Shown in pieces: positions 24,228 to 38,096 of a stretch of DNA of 64,000 nt (position 1 is its first letter; each line of letters starts with the position of its first letter). Made by a program: the position numbers and the translations under genes. The DNA lies in the NCBI RefSeq assembly GCF_006345805.1, contig NC_043014.1:40610001-40674000 (forward strand), read 5' to 3'. This stretch comes from Octopus sinensis (taxonomy: Eukaryota). Under the pieces are notes generated by a model. The model did no database searches. It saw only the letters and a list, made by a program, of their open reading frames with translations, and was not told where the DNA came from.

Positions 24228-27064
24228 CTAGTAGTAAATGACATTTATGTTTCAAATTCTTAAGTAGAAGTAAATCTTTAGATATTACTTTGAAATTATC
24301 AATAGTTATTTCATCTAAGGCAGGTGCTAGGTTTTTAATCATTATTCTTATCTACATACGAAGTAAATATATTTATTGAAAAGAAGCAATCAATTAAAAT
24401 GTCTATAATAGCAAATGAGTTGTAGAAACTTTTGCTATTCAGAATTATAAATTAGTGTCATCATTATTAATAATACATCATAAAAACAATCTTTATGTAA
24501 AAATTTCATTGAAATTTTGATAATCACAATGGAAAAAAAATGTTAATCATTTGAAAAATAGATTGATAATTTTATTAAACAAAATACAATTATGCTTCCA
24601 ATGAGACCTGCCTGAGTGAAGATTTCTTATCTTAAAAATTATATAACTTGAAAAATATTTATATGTTTTTTTTTTATCCTTTTTTTTTACCTACAGAGTC
24701 TATCACAGGTTTTCTCTGACCTAGTATGTTTTAAGTTGATAAAATTTTTCTGAAACAAATTTTCAATTTCAATTTAATGCATACCATAATCTTTGCCATT
24801 CTGGCTTGCTACATTAGATAATTATATATTATCTAAGTTCAGCAAAAAAATAGATAACTTGTATTTAAAAAAAAATTTTTTTATGGAGAATAAAATAACA
24901 CCGAACATTCAAAAAAGCTACATAAATAAAATTTAAATAATGTAAATGTCATTTTGATTAAAATAAAAGGAAAAAATTAAAAAGTTGAATCTTATTCATG
25001 ATTAATTGGAGAAAATCAGAGTAATTAAGAAGCTAGTTTCTCCCATATCAAATCTTTAAATGAATAAATAAAAGCCAAAATTTGGAAAAAAAGTTTTGAA
25101 ATATTCTATCACTGAACAAGGAGAAAAAGAGAGAAACAAATTAAATTGGTTACAATTTTCGAGAACAAATAGTTGGTATCTTTTCAAGAACACAATAGTC
25201 TTCATGGTAATGACATCGTTGGTAGGATTTTTAGTAGCAAGTGAACAGGTTATATTTCTCAAAAAGATGCAAAAGTTTATAAGACAATGTTTGAAAGATA
25301 ACATATAAAACAATTTTTTTTTTGGTAATATTGTTTGTGCTTTTTATTACACTTCATGTTCATTTTGAATCATTTTCATTTCTTAGATATTATTGCTCTA
25401 GATCTGTTATACACTTGAATTTCCTGTTAACTGAATGAGTTTTATTTTTTTTTTTAAATATTCTCATCACAAACCATAGTATGCACTCCATCATTTCCCA
25501 CAAAAATAAATCATTTCATAAGAAAAAAAAAAAACAAACGAACAAACCCAAAAGACCTCAAAGCTTTCACAACCCCAACCACCACAACAATGACAACAAA
25601 AACGAATGAAAAGGCATAGTGACAGTTGCTTGCCAGGCTGCCAAACTGGAAAGTGCAAATTCCACACTGATTTTCTGGAATAGCAATGTGGATGTCTAAT
25701 AATAATTGCTAATTAATAAACGGTGATAAATATAAATTGACAATAAAAAAAATCAATAAATAATTGTAAAAGGCTAAGGACAGATGTGTAAATGTGATAT
25801 AAAATTTATGAAATTAAAACTCTGAACCATAATATTAACAGACACAAGAAATGTTTGTAGATAATGTTGCTAAAATCACCAATTAAGATCAACTGATAGA
25901 AACTGCAAGAATGCATACACACACATATATACACAAACTCACACACAGCTGTAAATGTAAATGTATATGTGTGTGTGTGTTTGTGTGAGTGTACCGCTAT
26001 TTATCAGTCTACTTATATCTACCTATGAATATCTAAATGTATAAAAATATGCATATGTTTACATACACATATGGATGTTTATGTGTGTGTGCATACATAT
26101 ATATAGATGTGTGTATATATATAATTACACACCAACACACATATATATATAAACATATCTATGTAAACATACATATATGTGTGTGTGTAATATATATATA
26201 TACAGACATAAATACATATATGTATGTCATTAATTAGTGCTATTTGGCTTCAGATAGCACACAACAGTTAACCAATGTGTTAACCAATATTTAAGACTCC
26301 ATGTAAACCTTTATATATCTAGATTATTTTATTGTGTACTAAATGTTATATGTCCTCAGATTTCTGTTTGGTACTATATACATTTGAATAATTTATGGAG
26401 TATATATCTGAGTGCAGAATATGTATCAGGAGATTTTGTTTTAGTTCATTTATTATAACAGCATAAATTGCACAATCTTACAGGTGTTTCAAATGCTAAT
26501 TCTGGTACGTTAAATGAAAAAACGCTATGTAAACATATTCATAATAGGGTTAAAAATACCAGATCTTCAGATGAATATTGTAATTCAATTTAGTATCATT
26601 AACAATAATACTAAATTGGCTGATATTGAGAAAATACAGGAATTTGATTTTCATTCTCTCAGTATGCTTATGTTGGTATGTAGCACTGAAGTAGATTAAC
26701 AATATTCTTATGGCATTCTCAGCTTATTATTCAAATGTTAATGCAATAATTATTGCTTGACATACTGGAATTTTCTAGAGAAACACATGTGAAAATATGT
26801 AATTCAAAATGCTATAAAAGCACTTTCAGAAACTCACCTGTTTTATTCTGCACTTGTATATTATGTATATATATATATAAATAATAATAATAATTATTAT
26901 TATTATTTGAGGGAATATTAATCCTAACTTACAGGGAAGAAAATTCAATTTAAAAATACTAAATCAAATTTCTCACAATATAATATATATTTCTATCATA
27001 TGTAATTTTCTAGATGGTGTAATTTAATTGTTCATTTTGAATAATAAAAGGTGGGTTTTTTCTA

Positions 27065-27148
<84 letters not shown>

Positions 27149-28302
27149 GCACATATATATATATATGTTAGTCATCATCATCAACGTCGTTTTAACATAC
27201 AATTTTCCATGTCTTTGCAACTGATTGCCCTTCTTTTACCAACTCTCACCTGTTTCAAGCAAGGGAATATTTCCCTATGTTCAGACAAGTTTTCGTAGAA
27301 GACTGAAAACAAGGGATTCTGCTTGTATGACCATAATGATAATTTATAACTATCCTAAAATGTCATGACAAAGGACACATACATACACCCACGCATGTAC
27401 ATATACATATATATAGATACATGATTATATATTTATAAACATGTGCACACATATACATATATATGTATACATGCATCCATATATTTATATATATACACAT
27501 ATATATATATATATGATGATCATCATCATCAAATAACATCTACTTTTCCATGTTTGCATGGATCAAGCAGAATTTGCTGAGGCAGAGTTTCTATATCTGG
27601 ATACCCATCCTGTTGCCAACCCTCAATTTTTTCCAAGCAAAATAATAATTTCCCATGGCCAGACATCGTTTTCAAAGAAGACTGTTAATATACTTCATCA
27701 GTAGTATTGATGAAGCTTGTTTACAACCATCACATGAGGTTACTACACAGATACATATAGGAACACAGACACACACATATGTGTGTGTGTTATAGGTTTC
27801 TTTCCGTTGTTGTCTATCAAATTCACTCACAAGGCTTTGGTCAACCAAGGGTGAAAGTAGAAGATACTTGTTGATGGTGATGTGCTGTGAGACTGAACTG
27901 AAAACCACTTGGTTGTGAAACAGAATTCTTCATGCAGCTATACCTTCACTTATATTTATCACACACACATATACACATAAATTTTTTAAATATTTTTTGC
28001 AACTAAAACTGTGAGTTTGTCTCACAACTCAAGTTTCATGTCACGGCAATCTTCAGGCAAGTACTACTACAACTAGATAATGGAAATGTATTTACATGTT
28101 ACATGTGTGATCTTGTACTTGTGTTTGTTCATTGGTTTGCTTTTCATGCTTATTAATTGGGTGATGTTTTGCTGGCCTGTTCATTGGTTAGTTAATTAGT
28201 CTTTGTGAAGTGGTGTTTGTATTTCTTACAACTGTATTTTGGATGGAGCATTTTTCAAATAAGCTACGAGTGGTCTTTACACATGAAAACTGAAGGGAGC
28301 CC

Positions 28303-28367
<65 letters not shown>

Positions 28368-29582
28368 GATATATATATAGATATATAACATAAGCAAATA
28401 TCACTGTCATGCATGTAGTGTCATTCTAGCCAATTTTCCTTGAAATCATGTCTGGTGATATGAAAATATAACCTTTTTTGGTAAGAGTTGGTGACAGGAA
28501 GAGTATGCAGCCATAGAAATTGTCTTATCTAATTCTGTCTGATCCATGTAGGTATGGAAAAGTGGACATCAACACAAAGATGATAATGACATTGATATAT
28601 TTATACATGTACATACTCATACAAGTATATACATATATATATATTTATGATTATATATAAACATATACATATGCACCAGTGTGTGTATGTGTGTGTGTGT
28701 GCATATATGGCATAATTTCTTCAAGTGGTTCAAACTAAAATGCTGCACTTTTCCATGTAATGCCAGGAATCTGTCTCCAGTATTTCCTGTTAGCTTTGGT
28801 GTGTTCTCAATTTGCTGTTGCATGTTTCTTCCAAAGACATCAACATTGTTGCTGAAGTTTCTCATGATCTATTATCAATTTACATAGACATTTATATATC
28901 CACATATATGTTAGTATATATAACACAACGCACATAAGTGCGTTTGTGAATATATATATATATATATAAATGAAAATGTATTTACATGACATATATAAAT
29001 ATATACATGGACACATAAAATACTTACTCGATTATCTAATGTATAAGTGCCTGTTTTTGCAACTTAGATTTTTTAACACTTACACACATGTACACACACA
29101 CACATTTTACCTGTCTACCACAGAAGTTTGGAGGCTGGCAGCTTTGTGTTCAAGATCAGCAATTAGCTGGAGTCCTCTAGCACTGATGTGGGATCCATGT
29201 CCAAGTGAAAGAAACAGTTTTAACTATCACATGTTTGACTGTCTTAGATTGTGTAGCAAGTCCAGTGCAATATTCATTGACAACTCTTGCAGGTTGATGA
29301 GGGCCTCTCCTAGCAACTTAAGCTCACTATGAGATGTGTGGTAAACAAAGACCTCATCTCATGCATAATTCTTATGTCATGAAAAGAAGGTAGGCCATGT
29401 TTGAAAAGGTCTGAGTTAACTGTTTGGTCATGTGAATTCTGCTCGCTTGAGCTTTCTGGACTGAGTTTGTATCTCAAACTGACATTGTGAATGATGAATG
29501 ACTAGCAGCTTCATGGTGCCAAAGGCTCAGCGGCTGGCATTGCACGCATGATGGGTGACACAACCAAGGGACACCTGATTCT

Positions 29583-29812
29583 TATTTCTTTACTACCCAC
29601 AAGGGGCTAAACACAGAGGGGACAAACAAGGACAGACAAATGAATGAAGTCGATTATATCGACCCCTGAGCGTAACAGGTACTTATTTAATCGACCCCGA
29701 AAGGATGAAAGGCAAAGTCGACCTCGGTGGAATTTGAACACAGAACGTAGCGGCAGACGAAATATTGCTAAGCATTTCGCCCGGCGTGGTAATGATTCTA
29801 CCAGCTCGCCAC
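29583..29812 (-). mobile_element. SINE family D
   Basis: Flanking repeat cacctgattct. Further copies: ~6330-6553(-), 6620-6800(+), 7190-7350(-), 18290-18500(+), 53181-53397(-), 56565-56790(+). Confidence 0.85.
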
Positions 29813-31502
29813 CTGATTCTGTCACGTAGTCACTTTCATGGCTCCATCAGGACTTGAGATCGTTCTGTTGAATGGCTTCTTTGAAGTATTTGTTGAATAT
29901 GTAGGTTACTTTCTGGGTGAATGTTGGATTTGCATCAGTCACAAAGGGTTAGAAAGTCTAAGCTAAATTAAATACATTAAATGTGAATGCGTCTTGTTTT
30001 TCTTTCCACAGTCTGAGGGTTACAAACTGTAGTGTGACTACATAAGAATTCAATGTATTTATTTTACTACACACTGTTTGTGCCAAAATATATTTACGAA
30101 ATACTTATACTGTTAATGTACAGCCTGCAAATTAGCCTAGCTGTTACAGCAAAGTACTAAATTGTGAAGGATTTAAACAGTAATTATTATGAAGTTCTCT
30201 TTGCAAGTGGAGTGGGTTATGAGTGCTTGTCAGTTGAGGAGTGGCCAACTAGCCACAAAGGATGTCAGGGAAATCTCCTTAGTTTTCTATGTGCATTGAC
30301 AATAGCAAAATTTATTGATATTTCTTCACTGTCCATGGTGCAGTCATTATGAGCTGTAGCCTTACATTATATTTAAGGTAGATTTTCTAACATATCCTGT
30401 TTGTGCATAAAAGGTATTTTTTTAAAAATGTTATTAAACAATATGTTATATTGTGAATGTGTGTGTGAACCTATATACATACATGTATACATATCATCAG
30501 TCTATGGATTCCAATTCCAGACAAAATATTTAACATAGAATAATGTTTTACTAGCTTAGTGTAAATTATTAACTAGAATATTGTGAAATATTTGATAGTA
30601 AATTTGTTAAATAATTAATGATATAAGATTGACATGATATAAATCCTTAAATCCTTAAAAATGTTTTAGCCCAATGCCACGGCCATGCTGGGGCACCACC
30701 GCTGAAAGTATTTATATGAAAGTATTTTATATATAGTTTCTCATTAGTGTGTCTATTATCACAAATCAGTTGAAATTATCCAGATCGAAAATAAATTTGT
30801 TTAACATCACAAAATAAATTAATGAATACACCAAGAAAATATTGCATAGTTTGAGAATAGTGTAATTTTTTAGGTTAAGTCTAAATCTGAAACAATGTTA
30901 ACTTATGAAGGTATTGCATGATAAGAGAGTGAAATAAAATACATTTCAGTTAATTTTTGTTGTAATTAAAAAAAAAAAATTCAAAAATATAAAAATCTTT
31001 TATGATAAACTATAAATCTATATAGCACTTGTGTTCTATGAAATTTAAGATGTAACTTTATTGGCTCATTCAATGTAAAAAGCTTAAATTAGAAAAAAAA
31101 GTTTAATACAAAATAATCTATAGCCAACGTTTGAGTAATAAACGAGGCAATTGATAAAGATTGATTAATCTTGAGATTTTACATTTGTATGTTAATTGTT
31201 GTTATTAATCTTATCCTCAATGAAATTATTATTTCAGTTACAAGTAATTCTGAAATATTAATGAACTAAAACTTAATAATTTAAAATTATTGAAAAATAA
31301 ACTGCTTAAGTTGCTAGATTAAAACATTATATTGGAAGAGCTCTTAAAAATATTAAATAGAAGTCTTTGAGAGCGCTTTAAGCATTATTGTCCATGTTAT
31401 CTAGGAATTCCATGATTGTTATAATAACCAAAACAATTGACAACCTTTACATGTTTATCTTTTTATAAAATACTTCATTAATTTTCTTTTATATTAGTAC
31501 AG

Positions 31503-31561
31503 GCATTTTGTTTGCTTGTGATAACCTTCATATAATATTTCAAAATATATTCAAACAACAG
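31503..31561 (+). CDS. Candidate 59-nt internal exon (GILFACDNLHIIFQNIFKQQ)
   Basis: Acceptor attttcttttatattagtacag, donor cag|gtaatt, one open frame. No homology recognised. Confidence 0.15.
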
Positions 31562-31754
31562 GTAATTCAAGAGAAAACAGACTTGGAGTACTAGCTGAAA
31601 GAGTGGAAGTGTGAAACTCAGAGTACTAAAAGTTATGATCCTTTCAGTTATAATGTATTAAAGAGTACTCTACATTTACATACTGAGTTCTGTAATTTAT
31701 TGTTTCTCAATGGATCAACAGAAATTTTTTATATGTATATGTGTTGTGTATATA

Positions 31755-31792
<38 letters not shown>

Positions 31793-32159
31793 TGTGTGTG
31801 TAAATATGTATGAATGTGCATATATGGTGAGGAGGGAGAGACAGAAAGAGGAAGAGAGAAAGAGGAAAGAGAAGGTTGAAAATGTTCTTTTCTCTCAGAT
31901 GAAGGTTAAGTCCTGAAACATCAGGTTCTTCTTTTCCTCCATGTCATGTGAACTTAACCAAATTCTCGATTTTCACTGTATAATTTCTTTGCTGACACAC
32001 AGACCACCATCAGTTTCTTCTGACTCTACACAAGCAAGATGCAGTCCTCTAACCCATCTAGAGGTGAGCAATATCTCTGAATACGTGCTGACTCTAACTG
32101 CAACACCCTATTCAACCCATCCATTATGGAAAGTTGATGTAAAATGATGACAATGATGA

Positions 32160-32208
<49 letters not shown>

Positions 32209-33992
32209 TGGAGAGAGAACGAGAGAAATTGACAGATATATATTTCGCATGTGTACACATGTATAAGCATTTTTGTATTCAATTCCTCATTCACTTTTAG
32301 AACTATTGCACTATGCATGAGGACTACAATCTTAAGTTCCTACTGCTGAAGGCTTAAAACAGTTCTGATAAAATTTTGTCACCGAATTACTGAATACCAT
32401 AGAAGAATTCACTAAAGTCCCTACTCCTTCTTACTTAATTCTATGTTTATTTATAAAGGAAATTTGATTCACTATTGAGTCTTTAAAATAGTGAAGAAAG
32501 CCTGTTATCTACACTTTTCTTATTAATACTACAAACATGAATGAGACTGAGAAACAATTGCTTTTCCCAATAACCTATTTTTGGTTTTAGATTTAGATGA
32601 TGAAATCTAAAAATATCTTAAAATAGATGAAAATATATGCTACAATATTATAATAAGTAAAATAAGTTTAAGTATAGAATATTATAAAAGATTTCAATTT
32701 CAGAAAGATATAATAAATTTTCAGGTACTTGACAAGTTGCTTAAGAAAATCACTTCTATCAACTGGAATATAAAAAAAACTAATAATCACCAATAATCTC
32801 AAAGTAGAGACAAACTATATCTAAAAGTCAAGGATGTCTAAGGTTAGGCAAAGAAATATTCACTGGTGAAGGAAGAAATATCATGCAAATTAGAAGTGAA
32901 CTTGAAAAAAACAAAAAACAGAAAAAAAAACTGAGACTTTAATGATATCTCATGTAACCATAGGGATGTTGTGTGTCTATATATTGGTAGACATATACAT
33001 GTTCAAAAAGAAATATCGACTATGTACAAGCCTGCACAAATAACAAATAGTGAGTAAGTTGAATAATTGCTATATCATTCATACTGTGAAAGATACAATT
33101 TTGCTGTACAAGATCAACATAGAGGGACTAAATACTTCATCACCGCTTAAGATAAAGACACCAGAACACGACTAATTTCTAATGACGAATGTAAGAGCTG
33201 CAATACGCTGTATCAACAGGTAAGAATATCAATAAAGAGTGAGCTTTCTAAATGTCGTGGTGTTATACCAAGAACCATTTAAATGTTATTCAAAAAAGAA
33301 TTGCATTAACAGAAGGATATCTAACACAAATAAACCTTTATATAAACATCTTTGAGTTTAAAATTTTTGCTGAAATAATCTAGTTAAGACTTCCATCACA
33401 GACAAGTAAAACAGATAGAATTTTCTGAAAATAAAAACAGGTTTTTCTTTCACACAGTAGTCTAACAAGTGCTATTGCAATAATTTCTATCAGAGAAAAG
33501 TAAAATGTCTTGGGTAGAAACTACAGGTATTGTACTTTGATTACTAAATACATACCTATAATATTGATGAATTTCTGTAATATGCAACATGGAATTTTGT
33601 CAGTGGACAGGTTGTAGTTTCAAAGTGGCGAAAATATTTTGACAAATTAAATTTAAATGTTGAAGTGAATTTAACAGTTTTTGTGTGTTTTTAAAATGGC
33701 TTATAAACACCTTCCACGCTGCAATTATTATTATTATTTTATTAAATATTTATGAAATAAGCTTCGGAAATATCTCAGAGAAAGATAAGAAACAACTGAT
33801 CTAAATTTTTCCAATCTGACCACTAGGTGGAGCAATGCAAGACAGACAACACATTAATAAAAGAAAATCATATTATTTAAAATTGTAATTTGAATGTTAA
33901 CAAAAGATCTTGTCTCTTTATTAGGAGAGTCTTGTTCAATTGGAACTAGATTTAAAGGGCATACACACATATCTTACAATGTTAATACAAGT

Positions 33993-34033
<41 letters not shown>

Positions 34034-35149
34034 ATCAAAACTCTAAACAACCTTTTGGATTAATCTAGAATGAAAGTAAAATCTTAAAAATTCCAATTTT
34101 AATATATTTTAATAAAAATATTGCTTTTATCTGTTCATTTTGAACAACCATTTTTGATCCAAACCCACAGTTTACTCTCTGCTGCTTTTATTCACTGTGG
34201 CTACTTCCATTCCTATTTTCTGTCTCCATCTTCAGACTTACATTTACTTCTTTATCTTGTTGTACCTTCAGAGAGTCATTACGCCAATAATAAAGACACA
34301 CACACACACTAGTTGTATCTCACTTCATTTATTATTATTATTATTATTAGTCAATTAGTTAGCATTTAACCTATTCACTAACTGAGTGTTTGATTTGTCA
34401 ATTAACCAGTCAGCTAGATTTGTCAAAGTCCTTTTGTGGTCATTTATCACCGTGTTTGTTATTGGCATCATGATTCTCCCTAGATATAACAAAACAAAGT
34501 CTGTTTCAACACACCACGAATCTCACAAACCAAATACAAAAAAAAAAAACGAAACACTTCTTTATCACTTTTGCTCATCAGTCTAAACTGACAATATTGG
34601 TATAGCAAATAGAATTTTAAAGAAATGAATTAATCATTGTTCATGTTTAACAAGGAAAGCAGTGAAACCTGAGATTACTTTCATATTTCACTATTTCATA
34701 AATTTCAATTTTTTTTATACCATGTTTTTTTTTAAAGTCATTTTGTTCTGATAATATTAAAAGTTATTTTACAATTTTTTAGTTTCATTTTTTTTTTTTC
34801 ATAAATATAAACGAATATCCACTGGTTTCAATTTTGAGTATTCCAACAGAATAGCCTACTCATTGAATTCCTAGGTGGTCGAGTATTCTACAAACACGGA
34901 TACTCTTAATCTAATTCTCATGGAGAATCAATGTGACAGTGTATGACAAGGCTGACCTTTCAAATGACCACTACAGCCCATCTGACGGGCTTCCAAACAG
35001 TTTCCACCAGCCTTTTCTGAGGTAATGGAAAAAGGACCTTTTGATTGCAAAATGAAATTCTTTACCATTCAGCCATGCCAGCACCATCTTTCATTATTTT
35101 ATAAGCTTTGACCTTTCTTAAAAAGTTAGAAAGGACATATTAGGTAATA

Positions 35150-35246
35150 TTGTCCTATATATACATACATATATATAAACACACACATTTACATACATAT
35201 ATATATGTATATATATGTATGTGTGTGTTTGTATGTGTATGTATAC

Positions 35247-35290
<44 letters not shown>

Positions 35291-35391
35291 ATATGTATAT
35301 ATATACATGTATGTATATATATATATGTGTATATGTATATATATACATGTATATATATGTGTATATGTATATATATATACATATATATATA

Positions 35392-35459
<68 letters not shown>

Positions 35460-35857
35460 ATATTATCCATATTAGTCAGTTTAGAATGGTTACCAATAAA
35501 AGAATGTATACATTCCAAAACACTTGTCCTTATTTGACTCACCTCCTTCAACCTGATTCCCAAGAACTGTTTCAACCTTTATCCATTACCAGTAGAAAAT
35601 AGTCATGGAGAAAGTGTACATAACTCTAAAATATGGCATACACGGCCAATAGCTATTAGAAAAAAGTGAACTATCTGAAAACATTAACTAAAATCTTTTT
35701 TATCCATAGGTAACTTAAGAGTATTGGTTTCTAAACATTAAGATAATATACATTTAATATCTTGCACAACTGTACAGCACACTAGAAGTTAGTTTAGAAT
35801 GATGAAGTTTGCATTAGAGCTGCATAATATTATCATTGCATCTGTGTTTCTGCATAT

Positions 35858-35888
<31 letters not shown>

Positions 35889-35909
35889 GTATGAATGTGC
35901 ATATATATA

Positions 35910-35975
<66 letters not shown>
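35150..35975. repeat. Compound (TA)n/(TG)n microsatellite field
   Basis: Direct reading. Similar fields at 9230-9420, 21540-21830, 40915-41085 and 44745-45220. Confidence 0.95.
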
Positions 35976-35982
<7 letters not shown>

Positions 35983-37085
35983 ATACAACACATGCACATC
36001 ATGTACTCACACATACAGATAGAAGCATGTACATAATCATGCATACATGCACTATGAAACACAAAAACTCAAGCAAAATGGTCAACTGGCTAAACTTGTG
36101 GTTTTGGAGTTCAATTCTGTCTCTAGGCAGTACTTTATTCTGTGCACTTGTGTTCGTCCAGTTGTTTCCAGAAAAGATCCCTAATCAGGACAGATATATT
36201 GTGCATGTATTTAATGCTACTTAACCTGGAGATAAAACCTAGACTCATAAGTTCTTACAGAGACATTATCTGTACATAGATATCAATATTACAAACGTAT
36301 ATGTGTGTTAAAGTATGTGCTGACATGCATACATATATAAATACATATACATAAATACATACATACAGACATACATATATTATATATATGTGTGTGTGTG
36401 TGTTGAAATAGGCACAAACATAGATAATTATATTTAAATAGGTGCTAACATACATAATATTTTAATTAATTCTTATTTCACCCGTAGTGATGAGAAACAA
36501 AAAAAAAATTATTGTAATAATTAATTCTGGTCCAGAGATAATGAGGAATCAACCTCAAAATTTAAATTAATTAAAAGTAAAATGCAGTGATGAGTCTAAT
36601 CTTTGGCAGTAGAAGGACAACTCTGGACATGTACCAGCTTTATTAGATCACATCAGCAAAGCAAAGCCTATCTGTTACTGCCAGATCATTGAATGACAAA
36701 AAAAAAAATATGAACACTGGATGGCATGATAACTTAACATAAGAACTGGGGAAAAGACATATGGACATATGTATTTAGAGATATAAATACATAGATTTAC
36801 AAACAAATATATACATGTATTTACAGATGCTTTGATATTATCTATATAAATACACACAGGCATACATACACACACAATGTAGTATTTAAAAAAATATATA
36901 TACATATAAACTGATAAAAATCACTATAAAGAACAACGTTGAGGATTAATTAAGGCACTAACCATATCATAATTTTTGGTAGAATTGTTACAATAAGAAA
37001 GCTATCATGTAAATTATACATTGAAATTTAATTGAATTAGAATCATAAAGAACCTCATGGATTAGCCTCATGTAATTATAATTAT

Positions 37086-37508
37086 CCCCTACGAGGTCCA
37101 GTCCTTGTTGTGGAGTGGTGGCTTATGTACCTCAATGACCTTGAGGGCTATGCCAGTGAAGCGCAAGCTCCTGGTAGAGTCTCCCATGATGGACAAGCTA
37201 AAGGACTGGGGCCAGACTAATATGGACCACCTCTTCCTAGAGGTAAAAAAAAAAGGGATTTCTGTAGGGCCAGCAACCCCTACCTTAGAAAAAAAGCAAA
37301 GTTACGAAAAGCATCGATGACAATTCAAAACCAACAGGACCTGGGAAAAGAAGACTCTCTTATCAGCTGGGAACATGCCAGTTCAAGCAAAGCTGGAAAA
37401 GCAAGGGTCCAACTAGAGAGAAGCAGAAAAGATAACCCAGAACCGAGAACAGTGAAGAAGAGTTGTCGATGGCCTATGCTCTACAGGGAGCGCAGGGCGT
37501 TAATAAAA
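37086..37508 (+). mobile_element. Internally deleted (bipartite) RTE-derived retroposon with 13-bp TSD
   Basis: RTE-like 5' region joined to a C-terminus AEKITQNREQ*RRVVDGLCSTGSAGR* and a taa tail. TSD taattataattat at 37073-37085 and 37509-37521. Confidence 0.7.
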
Positions 37509-37773
37509 TAATTATAATTATACAAACAGAACATAATGACATTTAGATTTTAAGTGAAAAATCATCATTTTTGAAAAAAAGTTTTGTGTATTTGTATGTA
37601 TAAGTGTATGTATGTGTTGATGAGACTAAGCAATCTTCAAACAATATTGAATAAATGTGGAATCAATATTTATTTCAAAAATGTTTGTTTTCTTTGAATA
37701 CTAAATCCAACCAGTTGTAGAGTACTACCATTAAAAGCACTAATTCCATACATATATATACGTACATATATAG

Positions 37774-37815
<42 letters not shown>

Positions 37816-37822
37816 GTATGTA

Positions 37823-38028
37823 TATATACGAAAGAAGGTTTGAAAATGCAATTTTAAAAGATGTTTATTTACTTTACCGGTTTCACTCTTTGCTACATTG
37901 TAACAACCAATAATTAATGGAACCAAACTTCTACATGTTACTTTTGACAATCTTTTTCCAAAGAGTGAAACCGGTAAAGTAAATAAACATCTTTTAAAAT
38001 TGCATTTTCAAACCTTCTTTCGTATATA
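37823..38028. repeat. Perfect 70-bp inverted repeat with 66-bp spacer
   Basis: 37823-37892 is the exact reverse complement of 37959-38028. Confidence 0.95.
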
Positions 38029-38064
38029 ATTCCACTCGTGCGGTACCCTACAACTCCACTTTGT

Positions 38065-38096
<32 letters not shown>

